In this document: positions 16,522-24,884 of the stretch, piece after piece
How positions within the stretch are numbered: the first letter of the stretch is position 1
How the letters are laid out: the number at the start of each line of letters is the position of its first letter
Source: a virus
Reading direction: 5' to 3' (one strand)
Virus record (IMG/VR): IMGVR_UViG_3300048916_000050
Coordinates: 1 to 43,471 of that record
Length of the DNA stretch: 43,471 nucleotides
The notes under the pieces: model-generated
Told to the model about the DNA's origin: nothing
The model's input: the letters and a program-made list of their open reading frames with translations, nothing else
Database searches by the model: none
Position numbers and translations under genes: made by a program

Positions 16522-17559
16522 TTAGGCTCGATTCGTTCCCTTGCTAATCGCGTCAATAACTTCCTGCCCAGCCAGATAATGCCGACGGATAATTGCCTCG
16601 GCATCATCTTTTGAGTGACCTGAAATTTCAGCGATAAGCTGGATCTTCTCCTCATGCGACCGGTCAAGGTGCGCATAGGCATATGTGATGGCGGTACCGC
16701 GCAAATCGTGGAACGTCACTCCCTTGATGCCGAGCCGGGTCATTTCCTTCCCCCATGACGACTTGAAGCCGCTTGAGGTCCAGTTCTCGCCACGAGAGTT
16801 TACGAGAACACGCTGGCGCTGGCTGTCCTTGGCTTCGCGCAATATTGGCAGAATGTCCGGTGCTGCGGTAATCCTGACCTTTGCCCCGGTCTTCCCCTGC
16901 TTGATCGACACCCGCTCGCCATCGAAAGCGATCATCGGCATGGTCAACAGATCGGCCTGACGCTGCATGGTCCAAAGGGCGAGAGAAGCCACGTTTCTGA
17001 GGTGTGGAGCGGCCTTGGTGAGTACGGTGTTGATTTGGTCCATCGTCCAGACGGAATCGCGTCTCGTGCCTTCGTGAAGGTGCTCGACGCGCTCCAGAGG
17101 ATTGCGCAGGATCGTCTCGTTATCCTTCGCCCATGCGAACAAGCGGGCAAGCAGGCCCAGATGCATATCTGCCGAGCGGGGCGAATCCTTCATGGTGTCA
17201 CGCCACTCAAGAAACTTCTTGCGGCTTCCGCGCATCTCGACGGCCGCAACGGCCAGATCCCCGAACATATCCTTGATAATGCCGAACATGCGTTCGTAGT
17301 CTTTGCGGGTGGTGGTGGCTAAAGCCTTGTATTTGGCCGTGCCGCGGAATTCGTCTATAAGGGAACTGATCGTTCCTTCTGCCGTCTTTACCGGCCTGTC
17401 GCGCGTGAGGCGAACATATTCCTGCGTGAAGGCCTTGGTCCCAGGCTTCGCCATGATCCGCGGCGCGCCTTTCCCCCTCCAGGCATAGTAGTAAACAGCC
17501 GTGGTACCGTTGGCCAATTTGACTTTGACCTCATGCACGCCCACGAGCTTTCCTTCCAT
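16522..17559 (-). CDS. int: tyrosine integrase
   Basis: 'HDLRGTAITYAY' and 'GHSKDDAEAIIRRHYL' catalytic motifs. ATG 17559 follows GGAGGG; the ORF extends upstream to 17697 but that part overlaps the next gene. Confidence 0.9.
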   Translation of the reverse strand: MEGKLVGVHEVKVKLANGTTAVYYYAWRGKGAPRIMAKPGTKAFTQEYVRLTRDRPVKTAEGTISSLIDEFRGTAKYKALATTTRKDYERMFGIIKDMFGDLAVAAVEMRGSRKKFLEWRDTMKDSPRSADMHLGLLARLFAWAKDNETILRNPLERVEHLHEGTRRDSVWTMDQINTVLTKAAPHLRNVASLALWTMQRQADLLTMPMIAFDGERVSIKQGKTGAKVRITAAPDILPILREAKDSQRQRVLVNSRGENWTSSGFKSSWGKEMTRLGIKGVTFHDLRGTAITYAYAHLDRSHEEKIQLIAEISGHSKDDAEAIIRRHYLAGQEVIDAISKGTNRA

Positions 17560-17737
17560 TTTCCCAATCCCTCCAAGCCTTCTCTGCCTTGTCTTCTTCA
17601 CGATCGACCGCAGTAAAGCTCTTAGGAGCGAATTCGATCTCGCCAGATGGGTGCATGACCACCCGAACGTTATGGAGCGCTGCGGCAGCCGCAGCATCGG
17701 AGATTTCTGATCTGGTGTAAGTGCGGGCTCTGCTCAT
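17531..17737 (-). CDS. hypothetical protein (positional candidate for an excision directionality factor)
   Basis: 68 aa, ATGA-coupled to the upstream gene, directly upstream of int. No HTH recognised. Confidence 0.4.
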   Translation of the reverse strand: MSRARTYTRSEISDAAAAAALHNVRVVMHPSGEIEFAPKSFTAVDREEDKAEKAWRDWENGRKARGRA

Positions 17738-18141
17738 CGGACGTTGTCCACATTGTTTCCACAGGGCAGGGCCTCTGTGGAGGCACGGCAGAACCTATCT
17801 TCCCAGTCCGAATGCAGGACGCAGTTGCGCGGCAGGGGCAGATCGAACATAGGCCAGACCTGCTCTTGCCTGTACCCAGCCAGTCCGCAGCCAATGGGGG
17901 TAATGAGAAAACCCATATGCGGGTGGGATAGGGCAAACTCCAAAAACGTACAGACATGATTGGTGATTGCGTCCAGAGAAAGCGTGCGGAGGTTGGCTTC
18001 CTTGGTGGGGATTGCATAGGAACAGCCCTGCAGGCCTTCCCCTTGTCCGTATATGGCGCCATAGTTCTTCCTTGCATAAAGAGCAGCGCCCTTTCCATGC
18101 CTGCCAGCGAGGTTTGAGCCAAATACGAATATCTCGCTCAT
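17734..18141 (-). CDS. A1S_2505-type phage non-structural protein (macro-domain-like family)
   Basis: The N-terminal signature 'IFVFGSNLAGRHGKGAA..YGAIYGQGEGLQG.SYAIPTK' is as recalled for this family. Confidence 0.5.
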   Translation of the reverse strand: MSEIFVFGSNLAGRHGKGAALYARKNYGAIYGQGEGLQGCSYAIPTKEANLRTLSLDAITNHVCTFLEFALSHPHMGFLITPIGCGLAGYRQEQVWPMFDLPLPRNCVLHSDWEDRFCRASTEALPCGNNVDNVR

Positions 18142-18386
18142 TCCCCACCCCCTCGCTTATCCTCAAGCGCGGCTAACGGCTTCAGGAGCCCCTCCAGTTC
18201 GGCTATGCGCTCTTGAAGCGCTCCGACTGCCCGGAGATAGCCAAGGGCTTCCGTCTCTTTGGCGGCAAAATCCGCCTGGAGAGATTTTATTTCGCCGGCT
18301 GCTTCGGTGCAGATCGTATGGTGGACGCCGTCGCCCCATTCATTTTCAGGGCGATAGTTGATGAGCCTTTCGACGATATCAGTCAT
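18138..18386 (-). CDS. hypothetical protein (82 aa, C-terminal coiled coil)
   Basis: ATGA-coupled ORF in the early-left operon. Confidence 0.5.
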   Translation of the reverse strand: MTDIVERLINYRPENEWGDGVHHTICTEAAGEIKSLQADFAAKETEALGYLRAVGALQERIAELEGLLKPLAALEDKRGGGE

Positions 18387-18741
18387 TTTCGCCTCCCGAC
18401 TTCAGAGCCCGGATGGCTGCTGCGTAGTGCAGTCCGTCGCGATTACCATCTTGACGTTCCGACAATATCTTCCCAGCGCTGGTGCCCTTTATGATCTTTT
18501 CGTCGATAAGCTTCGCCGCAGCTTCCAGCGCATCCCATCTCGCCTTGACAAGCTCCAGCTTGAGGAAGACCGTCATTTTCACAAGGTCGGCGAAAGAGGA
18601 ACTGATGGCGGATCTGCATTCTTGTGCATCGCCGTTCTCGGTATCGTGCTGGCGGTTCTCGCGGCCTTCGGCATAGGCTAGCTGCCAATAGCGGTCGAGA
18701 AGTTCCTGCAAGTTGGCGATCATGGATGAGGTGTCTGTCAT
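18379..18741 (-). CDS. hypothetical protein (120 aa)
   Basis: ATG 18741 overlaps the upstream stop (ATGA). The longer ORF to 18831 would overlap the upstream gene. Confidence 0.5.
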   Translation of the reverse strand: MTDTSSMIANLQELLDRYWQLAYAEGRENRQHDTENGDAQECRSAISSSFADLVKMTVFLKLELVKARWDALEAAAKLIDEKIIKGTSAGKILSERQDGNRDGLHYAAAIRALKSGGEND

Positions 18742-19133
18742 GGCTTCACCCTGTTCTGAAGAATGATGGACGAGGCGAACGGCTCTGCAGCATCGCCCAT
18801 GTCGCAGAAGAGACCCCAGATGATGAGGCATAGCAGATGCGGATCAATGAAAGCCGTTAGCCAGTAGTCCTGCTCGCCCATGGCATGCTGTTTCGCATGT
18901 TCGACGGCCGACAGAGGTAGCGCCCACCGGTCGTGTACCTTTTGGCCTTTACCGCGCCCGTAATGCCCATATTTGAAGTTCGCAAAGCTGATGTGCGCAG
19001 CTTGGACTTCACGGGCGCCAGAAACTACGCACGGCAGCAGATGAATGAAGGACAGGTAATCCTTGCTCTTTACCGGCTTGATCTTCGGCGTTGGGTCGAA
19101 ATTGGTGTTGGCGATACGGAAGCCGGCCATCAC
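18738..19133 (-). CDS. DUF968/Ref-like HNH-type nuclease family protein
   Basis: 'FIHLLPCVV..AAH..GRGKGQKVHDRWALPL...H..H' Cys/His pattern. Confidence 0.45.
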   Translation of the reverse strand: MMAGFRIANTNFDPTPKIKPVKSKDYLSFIHLLPCVVSGAREVQAAHISFANFKYGHYGRGKGQKVHDRWALPLSAVEHAKQHAMGEQDYWLTAFIDPHLLCLIIWGLFCDMGDAAEPFASSIILQNRVKP

Positions 19134-19342
19134 TCGTCATCCTTCGAGTGAACAATATCGCCATCGGCATCCATGAGAGGATTTGTGGGCCAACCGCGCG
19201 CTGCGATGTTCTTCGAGCGCAGACGGCGATTGTAGGCTCGGCAAATGTAGGCGATCGGCGTAGTTACCGTCCATCCGACTATCCAGAACAGGAAGAACGT
19301 TAGATATGGGCTATTGCTGGCGAAGGCGTAAAACTCTGTCAT
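19130..19342 (-). CDS. small membrane protein (70 aa)
   Basis: TM 'YLTFFLFWIVGWTVTTPIAYI'. ATGA-coupled. Confidence 0.5.
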   Translation of the reverse strand: MTEFYAFASNSPYLTFFLFWIVGWTVTTPIAYICRAYNRRLRSKNIAARGWPTNPLMDADGDIVHSKDDE

Positions 19343-19542
19343 CGCGCACCGCCGATCTTTGCCATAAGCGCCGCTATGCCTCGCATCATCGCCCGGATTG
19401 TGGTCTCGCTCTTCGGACGGGAGTTCATGGCAATCTCTGCTCGGAGGCGATCTGTCATTTCGTCCCGCTGGACGAGGTAACGGATGGTGCTCGTGCGGGC
19501 ATGGGGATATTTCAGTGTGTGAGTGACGATCTTCTCATTCAT
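19339..19542 (-). CDS. hypothetical protein (67 aa)
   Basis: ATG 19542 overlaps the upstream stop. GGAGGA lies 8 nt upstream. Confidence 0.5.
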   Translation of the reverse strand: MNEKIVTHTLKYPHARTSTIRYLVQRDEMTDRLRAEIAMNSRPKSETTIRAMMRGIAALMAKIGGAR

Positions 19543-19955
19543 GCCACCATCCTCCAAGCCTTGTATTCCTGATCCAGCTCATGGAACTTCCGAGCGGCGT
19601 CATCGTCGTGATCGAGATGGGCTCTGGAAGTGACACCGCACGACAGGTAAATGAATTGCTTGGCGCCGTTCTCGTCAGCCGCTACTGAGGATTGCTCAGA
19701 TGCAAAGACCTGAAACGCGCCCTCGGTGCAGAGAATGCCGGCACGCTGAGCGAGCTTGCCGCCCTTGGCTTCCTGGGCCGGGATCCCCTTGGGCTTGGCC
19801 ACGGCAAACCATTCAGATCCGTCAATCGAAGGCTCGCCGAGGACTTCGTAGGTCTTCGACCACGTCTCGCTCGGAACCTCGAAAATGATCTGATGAACCT
19901 TTCGGCCCTTAATCCTCTTGTAGTCTACGAACACTGCGCTGATTGCCGCCGTCAT
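19539..19955 (-). CDS. hypothetical early protein (138 aa)
   Basis: AGGTGA lies 7 nt before ATG 19955. Confidence 0.55.
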   Translation of the reverse strand: MTAAISAVFVDYKRIKGRKVHQIIFEVPSETWSKTYEVLGEPSIDGSEWFAVAKPKGIPAQEAKGGKLAQRAGILCTEGAFQVFASEQSSVAADENGAKQFIYLSCGVTSRAHLDHDDDAARKFHELDQEYKAWRMVA

Positions 19956-20038
19956 GGTAAATCACCTGCAATTGGTCTTGGGGGACATTGAAGATGGACG
20001 AGACGGCGGCGATGAATTCCGCCGTCTCGGTCTGATCG

Positions 20039-20458
20039 TCAAAAGGCGATTTCGTCGTCGAGCCGATCACGAGGGGGAGGGCTACGTTCGTCGAACGACC
20101 GGCCGCCACCGTTCTGCTGTGAACGGCTTTGCGGGCGCGTCTGCTGCTGCGGAGCGCGTACACGGACAGCCTGCACCATCTTGCCCTGGTAATCGACGGG
20201 CATGGTGAAAAGCATGATCTGCCGTCCAGCCCATTTGTCAGTGTCGCCGCCGTACAGGTCTGCGATTGCGCGAGCATTCGTTACGTTCAGAGGCAGTGAC
20301 TTGTCGAAGTCGTCGAAGAGCAGAACAATCTTCCGGTCGCCATTGTCGAACTCCTTGAGTTCGGCGCTGGCAATCGTCATCGTCCACATGTTCGTGCCGA
20401 TGTCTTCGGCCTTGAGATAGTCGCTGTTGCTCTTGTAGATGAGATTGATATCAACCAT
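20039..20458 (-). CDS. SSB-like protein with an acidic C-terminal tip
   Basis: The C-terminus '...RDRLDDEIAF' resembles the SSB 'DDDIPF' partner-binding tip and is preceded by a Gln/Gly/Arg-rich linker. Located next to the Gp157-like gene. Confidence 0.45.
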   Translation of the reverse strand: MVDINLIYKSNSDYLKAEDIGTNMWTMTIASAELKEFDNGDRKIVLLFDDFDKSLPLNVTNARAIADLYGGDTDKWAGRQIMLFTMPVDYQGKMVQAVRVRAPQQQTRPQSRSQQNGGGRSFDERSPPPRDRLDDEIAF

Positions 20459-20487
20459 TGACCAAATCCTTCTGTTTACGGTCGCGG

Positions 20488-20997
20488 TTACTTGGTACGG
20501 ACCATTAGTCCGCTATTCCCGAGCACCAGTTCGGCGCCCGGAACCTTGTCGCCAGCTTCGAGAGCGGCCTTGATTTCGGTGGTGAGCGGCTTGCGCTCAT
20601 TGCGATAGAAGCCCTGCGGAAGGGCCTCGATATCGAGAACGGATACTGACGTGCGAGGCTTCGTGATCGAAAGCGTTGCTTCCGTCAGTGTCACCTTGTC
20701 CTGCTGGGCTGCTTCCATGAGCTGCAGCATGATCTTCTTGGCGCCATCGGCCTTGCGCTCGAAACGCTTGCGGCGTTCCGACAGATCGCCTTCACGAGAC
20801 TTGATGACGGAAACCATGTCTTCCGCCTCCATGCGCTCCCTGACGAGCTTTTCGAGGATGCGGTAAAGGTCGGTTTCTCCCTCAACAGAATCCGCTAGAA
20901 GCGTTGCGTCCTCTTCCAGTTCCGGATAGGCTGCTATCAGCGCCTGGATCTGCGTGCGGACGAACTGGGCGTCCTTGAAAAGAAAACTGTTGCTCAT
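20488..20997 (-). CDS. Siphovirus Gp157-family protein
   Basis: Coiled-coil N-terminus plus 'TLTEATLSITKPRTSVSVLDIEALPQGF', typical of the Gp157 family found in phage recombination modules. Confidence 0.55.
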   Translation of the reverse strand: MSNSFLFKDAQFVRTQIQALIAAYPELEEDATLLADSVEGETDLYRILEKLVRERMEAEDMVSVIKSREGDLSERRKRFERKADGAKKIMLQLMEAAQQDKVTLTEATLSITKPRTSVSVLDIEALPQGFYRNERKPLTTEIKAALEAGDKVPGAELVLGNSGLMVRTK

Positions 20998-21737
20998 ATG
21001 TGGCTCCAGTTCTCTCTTTTGGTGATCCTGCTTATCTGAGACCTAGAAACATTGAAAATCTTACTGACGTTCTTTTCGGTTTCACCCTTAGACCTAAGCT
21101 CCCGGATCTCTAGGACCTGCCTATCCGTAAGCTTTGCCATTCCGCCTTTCTCGCCACGGCCTGTCGTGCCGTGCTCGAATTTGTCTGCTATATTTTCTGC
21201 TGGTGTCGCCCAACGCAGGTGACGCGGATTGATGCATCCTTCTGCGCCACGCCCACAGCTGTGGGCTGCTTGGTGAACGTCCGATGGCGCGACACCCTTA
21301 ACTGTTTCGCAGATGAATCTGTGGACGTAAAATCGAAGACCTTCCCCGAACTGGATAACGCCGTAACCAGCGCCCGCTTTTGCATACGGCCAGTCAATGC
21401 AATCGTCAGTATTCGACGACAACGCCTGTTGGAGAAACTTCTCCGGTTCGCCAGGGGATGTGCGGCCCATTAAGGGGTCGCCGTATCGTGACACACGGTG
21501 ATAGTGAGAGGAGCAGTAGCCCTTCTTGAAAACATCGTTGTCGCAGTCTTGCACCAAGCACGTGCGGAGGACCGAAATTCTAGACAAATAAAACTTGGCG
21601 TCGGCTTCCCTGTTTTCCGCCCACTTCAGCAGGACAACTTTTCTAGGCTCCGCTGCTGTCTCGGCTGCTTCCCGATATTCGAGAGCATCGGCATAGGCTC
21701 TCTCGGCAAGGACATGGAACTCAGCGGACGTATGCAT
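20994..21737 (-). CDS. HNH homing-endonuclease-like protein with a C-terminal HTH
   Basis: 'CDNDVFKKGYCSSHYHRVSRYGDP' and 'AAHSCGRGAEGCINPRHLRWATPAENIADK'. AGGAGGTG lies 4 nt before ATG 21737. Visibly lower GC than its neighbours. Confidence 0.75.
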   Translation of the reverse strand: MHTSAEFHVLAERAYADALEYREAAETAAEPRKVVLLKWAENREADAKFYLSRISVLRTCLVQDCDNDVFKKGYCSSHYHRVSRYGDPLMGRTSPGEPEKFLQQALSSNTDDCIDWPYAKAGAGYGVIQFGEGLRFYVHRFICETVKGVAPSDVHQAAHSCGRGAEGCINPRHLRWATPAENIADKFEHGTTGRGEKGGMAKLTDRQVLEIRELRSKGETEKNVSKIFNVSRSQISRITKRENWSHI

Positions 21738-21900
21738 TTGACACCTCCTGATTTGTTCGGTCATCATCGGCAATCTTCATGTCCGCGACTGCGAAAGAGA
21801 TGCCCAGAAGAGTGAGAACGCCGATCAGCACGATTGCCTGGTTAACGGCGTTGATCAGCCGCGCGACTTCGGTGAAGTACCGCTCTTTGCTATCGCTCAT
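21721..21900 (-). CDS. small membrane protein (59 aa)
   Basis: MSDSKERYFTEVARLINAVNQAIVLIGVLTLLGISFAVAD.... ATGA-coupled to the upstream gene. Not in the ORF track (<60 aa). Confidence 0.35.
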   Translation of the reverse strand: MSDSKERYFTEVARLINAVNQAIVLIGVLTLLGISFAVADMKIADDDRTNQEVSNAYVR

Positions 21901-22157
21901 GACAGCGCTGCTCCTTTCACAAGCTCATCGAGCCCCGGCCGGTCTCTGAATACTGCTGCGTATGAAGGGGTGGACGGCAGATCGTCATTTTCCTCGGCAA
22001 TCCGGCGCTCCCAATGCTTGCGTCTGCGCTGTGCGTCGGAGAGCTTGCCGGCGAAGATCTGCTCATCGTCCGCAGCTTCATCGCGGAGTCGCTCGAGATC
22101 GCGTATCATTGCCTCGGGCCCTGTGCGGAGGCGTAGTTCTTCTTCGCGGGAGGTCAT
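21897..22157 (-). CDS. hypothetical acidic protein (86 aa)
   Basis: ATGA-coupled ORF. Confidence 0.5.
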   Translation of the reverse strand: MTSREEELRLRTGPEAMIRDLERLRDEAADDEQIFAGKLSDAQRRRKHWERRIAEENDDLPSTPSYAAVFRDRPGLDELVKGAALS

Positions 22158-22474
22158 AGCTTGCGCTCCGCATCAAACGGCGCGTACATCATGTAGATTT
22201 CCGACAACTCGCGGTGCGCCTCATGGAACGACTTGGATGCCACATCATCCCAAGCCTTCTTGATCTGCTCCACGACGATCGTTGCCGCGGCGCATCCATC
22301 TGGCCTGTCGCCGAATGAAATCTCGATATCAACTTCATGAACGGACGCGTTGCGTAGGATCGAAACGGCGGCTTCAAGCGTTTCGGCGCGCTTGGCATCT
22401 TTCTTGGCTCTGTCTGCGAATTTTGCGAGGTCAATTTCCACAGCCCTTACTCCGCTGCCTGCGTTGAAAAACAC
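22154..22474 (-). CDS. hypothetical protein
   Basis: GTG start at 22474 has no SD. An alternative GTG at 22441 follows GGAGTAAGGG. Confidence 0.45.
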   Translation of the reverse strand: MFFNAGSGVRAVEIDLAKFADRAKKDAKRAETLEAAVSILRNASVHEVDIEISFGDRPDGCAAATIVVEQIKKAWDDVASKSFHEAHRELSEIYMMYAPFDAERKL

Positions 22475-22511
22475 CGCTCAAGACTGGCGGCGGGTGAAGG
22501 GAGGAAGGCGG

Positions 22512-23174
22512 TCATGTCGCGCCAGCCTTGGCCGCGATCTGCTTGGCCGAGTAAATCGAGTTGTTTGTGATCTTCCGCTGCCAAGCGCCGTTCTTTGGAG
22601 ACCAGTTCCAGGCTGCGCCCTTCAGGGCAGAGATGATTTCCGGAGAGGGCTTACCGTCGAAAATGATCTGCAGGCGCTCAATGTCGTGGTTCGCCACGAT
22701 CAGGACATCGCCGATGGCGAATTCTTCCTTGCCGGTCTTGGCGCCTTCTGGCTTCGGAGGGGCAACATAGCCAACAGCCTTCACGGCCTTGATGGACGCG
22801 GCCAATGCTCTGTCCTGCCAGTCGTAAAGTTCCTTGGCCTTCTTTTCGTAGGCGTTCCAAATCTTTTCCTGACGCCGAACCGGGAAGTTCGCCGGGCCGG
22901 TGATCATCGTCGACATCATGCGGCTGCGTGACGACCAGACGGCCGATAGGCGCTTGATGTAGTTTTCGCGGTAGCGCTCAGACTGTGCGACCGCTTCGGC
23001 CATGCGCTCGTCAGTATCGGCTACGGCGGAAAGCTTAGCGTTGAAGCTGTTCATATGCGTCACGTAGTCGGAGACTTCGCTTTCGCCCCGGCGTTCGGGG
23101 CTGTGGCTGGTGCCAGCGTGAGCGCGAATAGCGAGCTGAAGGCTTACATCTGAGGCGAGAGGTTCGCGCATCAT
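22512..23174 (-). CDS. DUF3560-like protein
   Basis: The C-terminus 'LQIIFDGKPSPEIISALKGAAWNWSPKNGAWQRK' matches the DUF3560 tail motif. ATG 23174 overlaps the upstream stop. Confidence 0.5.
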   Translation of the reverse strand: MMREPLASDVSLQLAIRAHAGTSHSPERRGESEVSDYVTHMNSFNAKLSAVADTDERMAEAVAQSERYRENYIKRLSAVWSSRSRMMSTMITGPANFPVRRQEKIWNAYEKKAKELYDWQDRALAASIKAVKAVGYVAPPKPEGAKTGKEEFAIGDVLIVANHDIERLQIIFDGKPSPEIISALKGAAWNWSPKNGAWQRKITNNSIYSAKQIAAKAGAT

Positions 23175-23485
23175 GCTGCCCTCGCTTGCGACGTGAAGTC
23201 GGCCCATTCCAGAGCGGCCTGATAGCCGAGGGTGGCCTTCATCTCGCCATCGCGACGGACAACACTGTCATCGTAGAGAACATCGGCTATGGCCTTGAAC
23301 AGGTGCTGAGAGAAGGTTGATCCATTGACGTATGGCTGGAGCCAGTTGTCACCGATGCGGATTTCCTCGACGACAAAGCTGTCACGGTCGGAGCCGTCCT
23401 GAACAAGGATAGCCTCGCCGGAAAACAGCGCACCTTCACCGAAGGCCGGGATCTGAAGCTGCTCGAAGAAGAATTTCGTTTCCAT
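23171..23485 (-). CDS. hypothetical early protein (104 aa)
   Basis: ORF preceded by the conserved leader CTCTCACACCAACAGAG. Confidence 0.5.
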   Translation of the reverse strand: METKFFFEQLQIPAFGEGALFSGEAILVQDGSDRDSFVVEEIRIGDNWLQPYVNGSTFSQHLFKAIADVLYDDSVVRRDGEMKATLGYQAALEWADFTSQARAA

Positions 23486-23556
23486 CGCATCCTCGTCTCT
23501 GTTGGTGTGAGAGGTTTCGAAATCCGCCAGAAGTGACGGGCGGATGCCGAAACCGA

Positions 23557-23802
23557 TCAGGCATAAAGGGCGTCGATGGCGCGTTCCGCTTGTTCAAGCG
23601 TTTCAAAGCCGCTGAGCTTATTGTGGCCGGGAATGTTCAGGACGAACGGGTAACCCTGCGTACGGACAGTCGGGATGAAGCAGCCGAAGCTGGTGACGTA
23701 TTCGACATCCCAACCGGCGCGAGAAACGTTTTTGGTGGAGAACGTCCTTGCCGGATAACCGGCGCGGGCTGTTGTGGTGAATGCTTCTGCTGTCTGCGTC
23801 AT
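23557..23802 (-). CDS. hypothetical early protein (81 aa)
   Basis: ORF preceded by the same conserved leader. Confidence 0.5.
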   Translation of the reverse strand: MTQTAEAFTTTARAGYPARTFSTKNVSRAGWDVEYVTSFGCFIPTVRTQGYPFVLNIPGHNKLSGFETLEQAERAIDALYA

Positions 23803-23969
23803 CGTCTCTTCCTCTGTTGGTGTGAGAGCTGGAGAAGATCGGGAAACTCCGCGGATGTTCTCGGCTCTGGAATTGTTGGGGCCTTTTTGCTCATGCCCAG
23901 GAGCCTTGAGAGTTTTAACATTGCGCTCCGCTTAGGAGCTGCCCGCTGCCACCTGGCGCCGGCCGTCGA

Positions 23970-24023
23970 TCAGATGTCGTTTTTCAAAAGCTCAATCGTG
24001 TTGACGTTTTTGCCCGGGTCCAT
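23970..24023 (-). CDS. 17-codon mini-ORF with a strong SD at the head of the leftward operon
   Basis: GGAAGGAGGTGAACGC-ATG GAC CCG ... TGA (MDPGKNVNTIELLKNDI), about 75 nt downstream of the predicted leftward promoter. Confidence 0.3.
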   Translation of the reverse strand: MDPGKNVNTIELLKNDI

Positions 24024-24104
24024 GCGTTCACCTCCTTCCTGTCCTGTATGGTTGAGAGCTGGAGAAGTCGGCGGGCCGGGGGTTCTGCTGCTCTTGTGAT
24101 TACA

Positions 24105-24162
24105 GTTATAGCGGTAAAAAAACCGATTTGCAATAGACGGCGGTAAAAAAACCGATTAAATA
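24105..24162. promoter_or_regulatory. divergent early promoters with operators O1 (24111-24126) and O2 (24140-24155)
   Basis: The 18-mer GCGGTAAAAAAACCGATT occurs twice (GCGGT-N6-ACCG inverted repeat). Leftward: TTGCAA (24133-24128), 17 nt, TATAAC (24110-24105), with O1 filling the spacer. Rightward: TAGACG (24134-24139), 17 nt, TAAATA (24157-24162), with O2 filling the spacer. Confidence 0.55.
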
Positions 24163-24169
24163 TCCACGA

Positions 24170-24544
24170 ATGGATAACACGCCTCGCAAAACATTATCGC
24201 TGTCTGGGATGTTCTACCGCCGGAAGGACGACTGGATTCGCCATATCCTCAAGCTACCGAAATCGGAGCTTTCCCACGTCGAAAAGCTCGTCGCGATATA
24301 CATTGCGGAAACAATCAATCCTGAAGTTCGGGAATGGGTGACATCGCAAGGGCGCATCGCCGACGATATGGAAATAGGAATTCGGATCGTGAAGAGCGCG
24401 GTCGGGAAACTCAAGAAAGCTGGGCTGCTATCCGTTCGAAGAACGCGCCTAATGGGCAAACAAAAGCGGTTTAACAGTTACGCCATTGTCGCCGTCGAGG
24501 ACGCTATACCGGAAGATAAGGTGCATGGACGTGCACCTACATAG
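24170..24544 (+). CDS. winged-helix DNA-binding protein (regulator or replication-organiser-like)
   Basis: 'SQGRIADDMEIGIRIVKSAVGKLKKAGLLSV' wHTH-like segment. No SD; the ATG lies 7 nt after a -10-like TAAATA. Confidence 0.6.
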   Translation: MDNTPRKTLSLSGMFYRRKDDWIRHILKLPKSELSHVEKLVAIYIAETINPEVREWVTSQGRIADDMEIGIRIVKSAVGKLKKAGLLSVRRTRLMGKQKRFNSYAIVAVEDAIPEDKVHGRAPT

Positions 24545-24566
24545 GTGCATGGACGTGCCCCTAGTA
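24519..24566 (+). repeat. 24-bp tandem duplication containing the palindrome GGTGCA-N6-TGCACC
   Basis: AGGTGCATGGACGTGCACCTACAT / AGGTGCATGGACGTGCCCCTAGTA. Copy 1 encodes the last 7 codons and stop of 24170..24544. Confidence 0.8.
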
Positions 24567-24884
24567 TAACGGATAGCTTTAGAACGGAGTTTTATCTTTA
24601 AGGGTTTTAAGATCTTGCTCTGAGAGGAGTAATTAGAAGGGTGGAGAGGAAAAGCAGAATCAACTGAAAATAGAAGGAACCGGCTTGGCTAAAAAAATCG
24701 GCCGCCGTTCGCAAATTCGTTAAGCATAATCCACAAAATGTAATAGTTGCGATAAAGCTAAAGTGTTGTCACCTTGGGTCCGGTCAGGGGGCTGGCCTCG
24801 CGGCACGTAAGAAAAAATTCCTTCCCGTCGCTATCGTCAGCCAAGCTTTGCATGTTAATAAGAAGATAATCCTAATATGCCAGC

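Noticed and set aside
23533-24099. 188-aa plus-strand ORF across the early-left leaders
   Set aside because: It overlaps two better-supported minus-strand genes, the repeated leaders and the mini-ORF. It has no SD and an implausible composition.
24139-24150. GGCGGTA at the operator sites resembles the RfaH ops element (GGCGGTAG...)
   Set aside because: The sites are clear inverted repeats (GCGGT-N6-ACCG) placed in promoter spacers, which fits repressor operators. The resemblance to ops covers only 7 nt.
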